This document shows, piece after piece, positions 56,425 to 64,000 of a stretch of 64,000 nt of DNA. This stretch comes from an uncultured bacterium (lineage in GTDB: Bacteria; Patescibacteriota; Minisyncoccia; Phycocordibacterales; CAIZLB01). The notes beneath the pieces are model-generated. The model worked only from the letters and a program-made list of their open reading frames with translations. It was not told where the DNA came from and did no database searches. Position numbers and translations under genes: made by a program. Numbering within the stretch: position 1 is the stretch's first letter; each line of letters starts with the position of its first letter. The stretch lies in contig CAIZVZ010000005.1 in the NCBI GenBank assembly GCA_903936565.1, positions 38,315 to 102,314 of the forward strand, given 5' to 3'.

Positions 56425-57759
56425 TTAGATCATTGCCTTGATTTGATTGATTTCGGATTGTAGTTCGGTGTTAATTTTAAGTTCATTCTTAATTTTTTCA
56501 CAGGAGTGTATTACGGTTGTATGGTCTCTTCCCCCTAATTTTTGACCGATTGACGGTAGGGATATGTTGTAAAACTCTCTTAATATGTACATCGTTAGTT
56601 GTCTTGGTTTTACCACCTCCTGTCTCCTTGTTTTGTTGTATATTGCCTCTTCTTCTATGTTGTAGAAAGCTGATACTGCTCTAACAACATCCTTAACAGA
56701 TACGTTCTTATGGGGCTTACCTGAGTTCTTTGTGAATTGTTTAACTTCATTCAGTGTCAAATCTCTACCTTTAAGTTGAGATTGGCATATAACTGTATTT
56801 AAAATACCCTCTAATTCTCTTATACTTCCCCCAACAGAGGTTGCTAAACACATTGCAATTTCATTGGAAAGTGAAAAGTTGTTAATTCTAGCCTTGGTCT
56901 TTAGGATTGCCATTCTTGATTCTGTGTCAGCTGGTGAAATGTCAATGATCATTCCGGCCATGAACCTTGATTTTAAACGATCCTCAATGTTAGGTAGATA
57001 GTTGACGTGAACATCTGATGAAAATATGATTTGCTTATTGTTATCATATAAGTGATTAAATAGGTGAAACAACTCCTCCTGGGTTTTTTCCTTATTTGAA
57101 AGGAATTGTATATCATCTATGATTAAAACATCATATTTCCTATACTTATCCTTAAAATTATTGATTTTTCCTGCTTGTAGTGAGGTTATGTAGTCTGTTG
57201 TGAACTTTTCAGAAGTAACATAAAAAACCCTTCTGTCTTTATTGTGGTTCTTTATATGATTTCCTATGGCCTGCATTAAGTGAGTTTTACCCAACCCTGT
57301 GTTGCCGTAGTAAAAAAGAGGGTTATAAGCAACAGGCTTCTTGATTATTGCCTGAGCTGCAGCGTGCGCTAACTCATTAAACTGTCCCACAACAAAGTTT
57401 TCAAAGGTATAACGAGGGTTTAGATTGTCTTCTGGATTAATAAACAGACCACTAAGAGGTAAATCCTTACTTATCGATGATTCCCCTTCTTCACCATCCT
57501 CCTTCTTCTTTTTCTGTGCAGCAATTATATATTCTACAGATCTGATATTTTCATCCTCTGTTCGCAATATTTCAAGAATTTTTTTGTGATATCTTTGTGA
57601 TAACCATTCTTTTGCAAAAGTATTTGGTACAGCTAGATAAACAATACCCCCATCTATCTTATTTATATAAGTGTCTTTAAACCATGTTGAAAAATTAGCT
57701 CTTGAGACTTCGATTTCCATTTGTGCTAATACTCCATCCCATAGTTTTTTTATCTCCAT
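56425..57759 (-). CDS. dnaA: Chromosomal replication initiator DnaA (likely start MEIKKLWDG…; the ORF-track start uses an upstream alternative codon)
   Basis: Domain I N-terminus, AAA+ Walker A (YYGNTGLGKTHLMQAIGN), and C-terminal DNA-binding helix-turn-helix (…DHTTVIHSCEKI…). Confidence 0.9.
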   Translation of the reverse strand: MEIKKLWDGVLAQMEIEVSRANFSTWFKDTYINKIDGGIVYLAVPNTFAKEWLSQRYHKKILEILRTEDENIRSVEYIIAAQKKKKEDGEEGESSISKDLPLSGLFINPEDNLNPRYTFENFVVGQFNELAHAAAQAIIKKPVAYNPLFYYGNTGLGKTHLMQAIGNHIKNHNKDRRVFYVTSEKFTTDYITSLQAGKINNFKDKYRKYDVLIIDDIQFLSNKEKTQEELFHLFNHLYDNNKQIIFSSDVHVNYLPNIEDRLKSRFMAGMIIDISPADTESRMAILKTKARINNFSLSNEIAMCLATSVGGSIRELEGILNTVICQSQLKGRDLTLNEVKQFTKNSGKPHKNVSVKDVVRAVSAFYNIEEEAIYNKTRRQEVVKPRQLTMYILREFYNISLPSIGQKLGGRDHTTVIHSCEKIKNELKINTELQSEINQIKAMI

Positions 57760-57828
57760 ATTGCTAAATATTATACCCTCTGCTTTTTTAAAAGAAACTT
57801 GAAGAAAATATAAAAGTATGTTCATACC

Positions 57829-57837
57829 TGTGGATAA
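57829..57837. promoter_or_regulatory. Perfect consensus DnaA box (TGTGGATAA, complement of TTATCCACA) in the dnaA upstream region
   Basis: Sequence acctgTGGATAActcg, about 70 nt upstream of the proposed dnaA start. Confidence 0.5.
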
Positions 57838-57936
57838 CTCGTTTACTTTATGCAAAAATGTTTCTTAATTTTTAAGACCATATTTAAAGGGTGATTAAAG
57901 TTTACAAAAAATCAAAAATGATGTAATATCCTTGTT

Positions 57937-58071
57937 ATGTCTCAAACATACCAACCAAATAAGAGAAAGAGAGCTAAAACACACGGTTTCCTTGTGAGAA
58001 CATCAACACATGGAGGACGTCGTGTTTTGGCGGCTCGTCGCGCTAAAGGTAGAAAGAAACTGTCAGTATAG
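57937..58071 (+). CDS. rpmH: 50S ribosomal protein L34 (below the ORF-track size cutoff)
   Basis: Translation [44 protein letters not shown] is the canonical L34. Upstream of rnpA and divergent from dnaA. Confidence 0.85.
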   Translation: MSQTYQPNKRKRAKTHGFLVRTSTHGGRRVLAARRAKGRKKLSV

Positions 58072-58121
58072 CCCCTGTTTACTTTGGTGTGTTTCTTAAG
58101 CACCCTTAAATAAAGCCATTC

Positions 58122-58535
58122 ATGACCATAAAAAGCCTTTCTTCCTCGCAAATCGCAGAAATTATGAAAAAGGGAAAAGCCTATAATTCAGGCTTTTTTC
58201 TTTTGAAGGTGGGTGAAGGTAGGGGTGTAAGGGGTTTAATAAATGATAATAATGTCGGTGTTGTTGGTGATTCAATAGAAAATGGTTACAACGACCTCAA
58301 AGGATCGTTTTTGTCTTCCAAAAAGGTCTATTTAAAAGCTGTAGATAGAAATAGAACTAAAAGAATACTAAAAGAGGCTTTTATTAAGGCTATCAAGGAC
58401 GTTAACAGTGATAATTTAAAAGTTTCTATCCCCTATTTTGTGATTCTTTCTAATAAAAACACAATTAAGGAAGAATTTGCTGATATTGTTAAAGATGTAA
58501 AGCAAATTTTATTAAAAGATTATATAATAAGATAA
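58122..58535 (+). CDS. rnpA: RNase P protein component
   Basis: …KAVDRNRTKRILKEAF… equals the RnpA RNR motif. Lies between rpmH and yidC. Has a Gly-rich insertion. Confidence 0.7.
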   Translation: MTIKSLSSSQIAEIMKKGKAYNSGFFLLKVGEGRGVRGLINDNNVGVVGDSIENGYNDLKGSFLSSKKVYLKAVDRNRTKRILKEAFIKAIKDVNSDNLKVSIPYFVILSNKNTIKEEFADIVKDVKQILLKDYIIR

Positions 58536-59269
58536 TGATATCAAATTTTTTTAGCGTAACATTTTATAACCCCCTCTATAATGGACTTGTTTTTATAATT
58601 AATAATACCCCTGGAGCTGATTTGGGTGTAGCTGTTATTATATTTACATGTATCGTTAAGTTTATTTTAATTCCCCTTTCAAAAAGCTCTGTTGTAACAC
58701 AGTTAAAAATGAAGGCATTAGAGCCTGAATTAAATAAAATTAAAGAAAAGTATGCGGATAATAAGGAGGAGCAAGCCAGAAAGATGTTTGAGTTCTACAA
58801 GGAAAATAAGCTTAATCCATTTTCTGGAATATTCTTATTGCTAATTCAGCTACCAATCATCCTTTCTCTTGCTAGTATATTCTATACATCAGGTCTACCT
58901 AATATTAATGCAAATATTTTGTATGATTTTATTCCAAACCCCCAGACGGTAAATACTTTTTTCTTGGGTTTTTTGGATGTAACAAAAAAGAATTTTTGGT
59001 TAAGTGTTGTTGTTGGAGTCACTCAATTTATACAAATTAGATACTCTGTCCCTGCTTATAAGTCATCAGGAAAAGCTGGAAAACAAGAGGAGTTTGCAAA
59101 AAGTATGAATATTCAAATGAGATATACAATGCCTGCAATTGTATTTTTAATATCATTTAGCTTAACCTCCGCTATTTCTCTATATTGGATAACCTCGAAT
59201 ATCTTTGCAATCGCACAGGAAGTGTACTTTAGAAAAACAGTTAAAAAAGACCTTGAAAATAAACAATAA
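58535..59269 (+). CDS. yidC: Membrane protein insertase YidC/Oxa1 (short form)
   Basis: 244 aa with the five-TM core (…MKALEPELNKIKEKY…KMFEFYKENKLNPFSGIFLLLIQLPIIL…). Confidence 0.8.
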   Translation: MISNFFSVTFYNPLYNGLVFIINNTPGADLGVAVIIFTCIVKFILIPLSKSSVVTQLKMKALEPELNKIKEKYADNKEEQARKMFEFYKENKLNPFSGIFLLLIQLPIILSLASIFYTSGLPNINANILYDFIPNPQTVNTFFLGFLDVTKKNFWLSVVVGVTQFIQIRYSVPAYKSSGKAGKQEEFAKSMNIQMRYTMPAIVFLISFSLTSAISLYWITSNIFAIAQEVYFRKTVKKDLENKQ

Positions 59270-59308
59270 AATCAAGATCCTTCTTTTAAAATTAGTCTAA
59301 ATAAACCT

Positions 59309-60820
59309 TTATTTGGCGGTTGTTGTTGATGTGGAGTTTGTACTTGTCCCGTTCTTAACACTGGTTTTTGTATTAGAGGAAGCCTTAGTGCTTTTGGTTG
59401 ATGTGGCTGTTGACGTTGCTTTTTGAGGCTTTTCAATTTGAAGACCCCATAAACTAAGATCCTTTTTGTTTGTAAAAATAAGGTAATCCTCGTTTTTATT
59501 TAATGATATGTTAGTAACATCTACCCCATCCTTTACGGTATCTTTTACTACACATAATAGTTTGTTTTCTAATGTATCAAGGTTTATTTTCCAAATATTA
59601 TCATTGAAGAAAACTAATCCTTGGTACCAAGCATCTGGGTATGGAGCATAAACAATTGATTCACTAGCCGCACAGAATATTGTGTTCTTTTCTAATAACG
59701 ACCAAGTACACTTCTCTGGTAAGGTCCTTATGAAAATATCCTTAATTGAGTTTGTTTTTATGTTTAAAACACTTAGCTTTGTACTTCCATCTATACTTTC
59801 TCCAATTAAGACGTTTTGACCATCAGGAGAAACGAGTGTTGTTAAACCTGGTTGACCCCCAGTAATTCTTTTAAATGACTTTGTTTTTGTATTTATTGAG
59901 TAAGCAAAACCTTCAGAATAAAACGATGGTTTGGTGTTTAGAACCAGCATGTCCTTGTTTGGCCAAGACAATAGCCACTCTCTAAAGGGTGATTTATATA
60001 GATTTATAACACCTGTGCCATCTAATCTACCTATGTTGACCGAAGATCCAACACCTTTTTGCTCAACATAATAAGCAAAAGAATCTCTTTCTGGTGACAG
60101 GGATACTGACAAAAGATTGTATGGTAGGTCTTTTGTAATTAAAGACATTGACGTGGAGGTTGGGGACTCAAATATTGTGGCGCCAAGCCTGGTTTGAATA
60201 TTATCAGAATTACCAAGTAAACCTCTTAATAAAATATTTTCACCCTTTTTGTCAAAAAAAGCCTCGGTAATTCTAGTGTGAGTTGAGTTTGTAATTCTCT
60301 CAACTACTGTTGTTGAAGATTTAGCCTCATATACTCTACCTGTTCCTTTTTCTATATATCTTATGTTTTCTTCTTGGGCTAGTATTTTAGGTTTAATTAC
60401 TGTTGTTTTTTTAGAAGATACTGTTTTCGTTGTTGGTTTTGTAGATGTGGAATTTGTAGATGTTGAGATGTTTTGTTGTAATTGAATTGATGAAGATGAT
60501 GTTGTTGCAACAATATCCCTAATAACGAAAGCTGCACCAGATATGGGGCTGGAGGTAATCATTCTTAAGGGGTTTATCTTTGGGGTAGTTGTAGCTTGGG
60601 GTTGGTCGTTTATATTACCGTTTTCAGGCGGAACATTGTTAGTATTGTCTGTTGGAAGGTCTGTTCTAACACCTCCTATTCCACCAAAAATTGTCTTGTC
60701 GGTCGGTGTAGGTTTTACAGGTGGGGTTGACTTCTGTGTATAAAAATAAAAACCAGCAAGTACACCAAAAGCTATACTGATAATTATTAATATTGTTATT
60801 GTTAACTTTGTTTTAGACAT
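59309..60820 (-). CDS. Secreted/membrane-anchored protein with beta-propeller-like domain and S/T-rich linkers, unknown function (first gene of the T4SS-like cluster)
   Basis: 503 aa, N-terminal TM, a T/S/N-rich spacer, and repeated beta-strand blocks (…DGQNVLIGESIDGSTKLSVLNIKT…). Confidence 0.4.
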   Translation of the reverse strand: MSKTKLTITILIIISIAFGVLAGFYFYTQKSTPPVKPTPTDKTIFGGIGGVRTDLPTDNTNNVPPENGNINDQPQATTTPKINPLRMITSSPISGAAFVIRDIVATTSSSSIQLQQNISTSTNSTSTKPTTKTVSSKKTTVIKPKILAQEENIRYIEKGTGRVYEAKSSTTVVERITNSTHTRITEAFFDKKGENILLRGLLGNSDNIQTRLGATIFESPTSTSMSLITKDLPYNLLSVSLSPERDSFAYYVEQKGVGSSVNIGRLDGTGVINLYKSPFREWLLSWPNKDMLVLNTKPSFYSEGFAYSINTKTKSFKRITGGQPGLTTLVSPDGQNVLIGESIDGSTKLSVLNIKTNSIKDIFIRTLPEKCTWSLLEKNTIFCAASESIVYAPYPDAWYQGLVFFNDNIWKINLDTLENKLLCVVKDTVKDGVDVTNISLNKNEDYLIFTNKKDLSLWGLQIEKPQKATSTATSTKSTKASSNTKTSVKNGTSTNSTSTTTAK

Positions 60821-60824
60821 TTAT

Positions 60825-61565
60825 TTAAGGTGTTGTTACAGCTGAGGGTGATTGGAATATATCCCCTTCCCCGTTTTTAACTAATTCTGGATTAATGGTG
60901 TAAAGCAAAACATATGAAAATAAAGCTATAAAAAGTCCTGCCAAGGCGGCATTAACCTTCTTTCTTCCAGAGTCTGTTCCTGATACAGAATCTGTTGTTG
61001 CTAATTGAAGTCCGCCGAAGGTAATCATAACAATAGCTAATCCAATAGCCGCCATTACACCCACTCTGTAAACCTTTGAAAAGAATTGGCGAATACCGCT
61101 GGTGGAAAGATCTAAACTCTCCACAGTGTCTCCTCCGGTTCCAGTTATTTTGTCACCAACTAAACCGTTCATTGGTGCAAGTAAACAATAATTCCATTTG
61201 CCGTCTTTTGGTGAGATTCCACAGGTGGCGGATCCTGAAGGTGATGTTTGGTCAAGTAGTGCTTGTGGTTGTTGATTTGGTGTTATAACTGGTGATTGTG
61301 GTGCTATGTATTGTGGTGTCCAGGTTTGAACTCCGTTAATTGTTTGTGGTGCGCCTGTTGGGTTGGGGGGATATCCTGGGTTTGAAAAATTTGGTTGGGC
61401 ATTCCAGTTGGCACCATTTGTAAAATCATTTGGATCTGAAACAATAGCGTGTGTAATGTTGGTTGTATTAAAAATCAAAAAAGAATAACAAAACAAAGAG
61501 ACTATAGAAAGTGTTGATAAAACTTTCATGCCTGAGTTTGTAGTTTTATTATTAAAAATATTCAT
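60825..61565 (-). CDS. Candidate VirB2/TrbC-like T4SS pilin (signal peptide, Pro-rich spacer, C-terminal two-TM hairpin)
   Basis: C-terminus VGVMAAIGLAIVMITFGGLQLATT…AALAGLFIALFSYVLLYTINP is a hydrophobic hairpin typical of VirB2-family pilins. Weak, context-based. Confidence 0.3.
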   Translation of the reverse strand: MNIFNNKTTNSGMKVLSTLSIVSLFCYSFLIFNTTNITHAIVSDPNDFTNGANWNAQPNFSNPGYPPNPTGAPQTINGVQTWTPQYIAPQSPVITPNQQPQALLDQTSPSGSATCGISPKDGKWNYCLLAPMNGLVGDKITGTGGDTVESLDLSTSGIRQFFSKVYRVGVMAAIGLAIVMITFGGLQLATTDSVSGTDSGRKKVNAALAGLFIALFSYVLLYTINPELVKNGEGDIFQSPSAVTTP

Positions 61566-61629
61566 TACTAATATAATACAATAAATAATGATTGGTGTAT
61601 ATTTAATAACATATACAAAATCAAATTAA

Positions 61630-62715
61630 CTACTTATTGTTAAACAAAAAATCTATAGCGTTCTGAGTCGTCTGCATTATGTGGGTTGGGTTTGACAGGT
61701 CAACCAAAACGCTTGCTAAATCAATCTTTTGAGTATCATTCCTTTTAATTGTTACTGTATTTGTGTTACTTGGAATTTTTATTTTCTCGGAGTTTACATA
61801 CCAAGTATATTCTAAGCCAGAATTTTTATTATCCACACTAAAATTATATGGAAAAACACTTATCTTTGATTCATTTCGGCTTCCAAGGTTTATTCGATTT
61901 GTAAGTGAATAATTAAACATTATTCCGTTGGTTGGGTTATCCTCGTAAAATAATGCGAAAGAGTTTTTGGTTGATAGGGTTGTTTCCCCCACACCTTTTT
62001 TTGATTCTTGTCCAACTGGATATGCTTCCACAGACATATCTTTGTCTAGGGATATTATATCAGCCTTATATTTGAAATAATTTTTACCGTACCCAGAATC
62101 ATCACCCATTACCTCCCTGTCCATACTCCATTTATATACAACATTTGAATCATTAACTCTCGAATTGCCGCTTACAAAGTTTGGTATAGCAACCATTGTT
62201 ACTGATGATTCTGGGGAAAATAAAGCCTTTCCTTTATAGAATGGTGGTGTGTAGGTTTCAGCTTGCCATAATAAATCTACGTTCGAAGGGTTAAAGACAA
62301 ATACCCTTGTAATTTGAGGTTGGTTTCTTGGAAATATATTTAGTGTTATTTTACTCTCCCCCGTTGAACCTACGTTAAAAGAAAGGTTTTTTTTACCAGC
62401 GCCTCTTAAAAACTCCTTCCCGTTAATTATCCACTGTATATCTGTAGAGTTTAGATCTAATCCGTATGTCTCAATTGTGATAGTTACATTGTCATTAGGC
62501 TTTGGAGTTTCCGGAGAAATATTTATATCTAATTGTTGCTTAATTTCTTTCATTTGTGCTGGTAGTGGGGAATTATTAACCCCTAACAGATCAGCAGTTT
62601 GAGCTGTAGCTTTATTGAACAGGTTAAAACCCTCAGATTGACTAAAGGTAAACAACATAAAAACTAAACCAGAAGTTAGAAGAATTTTTATATTTTGTTT
62701 ATTTAATTTAAGCAT
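61630..62715 (-). CDS. Secreted protein, unknown function (signal peptide, beta-rich)
   Basis: 361 aa with an N-terminal signal/TM and N/S/T-rich beta-sandwich-like repeats. Confidence 0.4.
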   Translation of the reverse strand: MLKLNKQNIKILLTSGLVFMLFTFSQSEGFNLFNKATAQTADLLGVNNSPLPAQMKEIKQQLDINISPETPKPNDNVTITIETYGLDLNSTDIQWIINGKEFLRGAGKKNLSFNVGSTGESKITLNIFPRNQPQITRVFVFNPSNVDLLWQAETYTPPFYKGKALFSPESSVTMVAIPNFVSGNSRVNDSNVVYKWSMDREVMGDDSGYGKNYFKYKADIISLDKDMSVEAYPVGQESKKGVGETTLSTKNSFALFYEDNPTNGIMFNYSLTNRINLGSRNESKISVFPYNFSVDNKNSGLEYTWYVNSEKIKIPSNTNTVTIKRNDTQKIDLASVLVDLSNPTHIMQTTQNAIDFLFNNK

Positions 62716-62801
62716 CCTATTAATTATCCTATTAATTATACATTGAAAATAACTTTTTGTTTAGATTTTATACACAAATATATAAAAATCACAAAAAGAA
62801 T

Positions 62802-63260
62802 TTATTTTTTTGTCATGGACATCGCTTTTTGAACCTTATTTGCAACAGCTGCACCCCCCGGTATTTTATCAGATAAACCCGCAACCATTGGCCCGAGATT
62901 TAAAATAACAGCCAACATAAAGGTTGGAATAATACTTACAAAAGGAACAAATTTAGCCAAGTCACATCCGCCAAATTTTAATACATTCTTAAGGTGAAAT
63001 TTAACACCAAGCGCTAAATAAATAAGGATTAAAATTATAGAACTTAGTCCCCAGCCTATAAGTGGAACTAAACCAAGTATATCCAAACATAAACCGACGA
63101 TTAGCATTATAATGAAGGTTGTCATTGTAATTTCCTTTTCACCCTCACCTGCACTTGATACTTCTGGATAATCTTCACTGTCAAAATCACTGGAGGAGTC
63201 CCGCCCAAGATGTCCTCCTGTTGATAAGCGATGTTGTGCTCTAGCTTGCCTTTCGTTCAT
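62802..63260 (-). CDS. Small polytopic membrane protein adjacent to the VirB4-like ATPase (VirB3-like position)
   Basis: 152 aa. A charged N-terminus, then three to four TM helices. Confidence 0.35.
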   Translation of the reverse strand: MNERQARAQHRLSTGGHLGRDSSSDFDSEDYPEVSSAGEGEKEITMTTFIIMLIVGLCLDILGLVPLIGWGLSSIILILIYLALGVKFHLKNVLKFGGCDLAKFVPFVSIIPTFMLAVILNLGPMVAGLSDKIPGGAAVANKVQKAMSMTKK

Positions 63261-63358
63261 TATATATATATTAGCAGACTAATTACTAATAAAAAAGGGA
63301 TTTACAAACTAGTTTGTAAATCCGCTTTTAAATAATTAACAATATCTCCGTTGGTCTT

Positions 63359-64000
63359 TTAAATACTTTGTTTAAGATTACTCATCTCTGTTGCTCTTTG
63401 TTCTGCTAATTCCGCCTTTTCTTTTTTGATTTGTAAAACTTCAGATGGTTTTGATGTAATAATTTGGTTTTCTGTGTATGATGCGATGACTTTGATTGCC
63501 ACATGCTTAAGTCCTGCAAAGAACATTCCCTCTCCAACATCCGATTCAAGAAGAAGATATTTTTCTTCGTCTGTTAAATTAAAGGTTTTTTGGACAATAT
63601 CTATTGAAGACGGAGACTGTTTTAATAGGATTTGAATAGAGGAGTTGGAAATAATTGGTAATCCATAAGGAGATTTTAGGAAGTCTTCAACGTCTTGTGT
63701 AATTGTTGCAAGGCCTAAATAATACTTTCTTCCTCTCTTTGCTAATCCAAGTAAGAATGACGCGGTGTCCTCAGATTTCATCAGGTACCACGCCTCGTCA
63801 ATAACTAAAAGTCTCTTCTTTAATTCTTTTCTAATAGCATTCCAAATGTGGTGCATAACTATATACATCGCAACAGGCTTCAATTCCTCCTCCATGTCTC
63901 GGAGTGAAAAAACAACGAATTTCTTATTAATATCTATATTTGAAGGCCTATTAATGAATCCAGCCCATGTTCCTTTGGTATACTTTGTTAATCTCTGGGT
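63359..64000 (-). CDS. VirB4/TrbE/CagE-family type IV secretion ATPase, C-terminal part (the gene continues beyond the window end)
   Basis: …RLLVIDEAWYLM… (Walker B DEAW), …RGRKYYLGLATITQDVEDF…, …GEGMFFAGLKHVAIKV… match the VirB4 C-terminal motifs. The reading frame stays open to position 64000. Confidence 0.7.
   Translation of the reverse strand, partial: TQRLTKYTKGTWAGFINRPSNIDINKKFVVFSLRDMEEELKPVAMYIVMHHIWNAIRKELKKRLLVIDEAWYLMKSEDTASFLLGLAKRGRKYYLGLATITQDVEDFLKSPYGLPIISNSSIQILLKQSPSSIDIVQKTFNLTDEEKYLLLESDVGEGMFFAGLKHVAIKVIASYTENQIITSKPSEVLQIKKEKAELAEQRATEMSNLKQSI

Noticed and set aside
1-64000. Alternative genetic code (UGA or UAG reassignment), as seen in some candidate phyla
   Set aside because: Long housekeeping ORFs (ileS 1242 aa, polA 864 aa, PBP 826 aa) are uninterrupted under the standard code, and gene boundaries coincide with terminators.
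1-64000. CRISPR arrays, integrases, transposases, prophage or DGR reverse transcriptase
   Set aside because: No regularly spaced direct repeats and no recognisable integrase, transposase, RT or Cas motifs in any frame. The only duplicated sequence found is the 20-nt tRNA-Arg 3' fragment.

Overview
This is an AT-rich (roughly 35% GC, judged by eye) and densely packed bacterial chromosomal segment, almost entirely housekeeping. Gene content and arrangement (reduced core pathways, eukaryote-like type-2 IleRS, alpha2 GlyRS, PilMNO, a T4SS-like cluster) suggest by inference a small-genome Patescibacteria/CPR-like organism using the standard genetic code.

From start to end the window contains:
- recA (3' end), efp, and an rpsF-ssb-rpsR operon.
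- tatD-metG, an AI-2E transporter, glyQS, a large surface protein, recO, ileS and argS.
- rplK-nusG-secE.
- Two SIMPL-domain paralogs flanking folD.
- An undecaprenyl-phosphate recycling trio (uppP, PAP2, dgkA) with peptidoglycan enzymes.
- tRNA genes: His, Leu, Val, two Arg, Ser and Lys.
- A type IV pilus pilM/N/O cluster.
- The ruvA/mutM, holA-polA-tsaE and pilB, ruvB-ruvC, PBP1A groups.
- The replication origin: a DciA-like gene, dnaN, the oriC candidate, dnaA, and rpmH-rnpA-yidC on the far side.
- A chromosomal T4SS-like cluster ending with a VirB4-like ATPase at the window edge.

No CRISPR array, integrase or transposase was seen.

The most unusual items are:
- an IleRS carrying a ~200-aa histidine-phosphatase (RHGxSxxN) insertion;
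- a RuvX(YqgF) fused to a Trbp111/CsaA-type tRNA-binding domain;
- a GC-rich ORF-free RNA island around 32.06-32.66 kb holding tRNA-Arg, a duplicated tRNA 3' fragment and three terminators;
- a 164-bp element with 17-bp perfect terminal inverted repeats in the pilB-ruvB spacer;
- an alpha/beta hydrolase gene broken at a G10 homopolymer;
- the T4SS-like cluster next to oriC.

All coordinates of RNA features were derived by eye and may be off by 1-2 nt.
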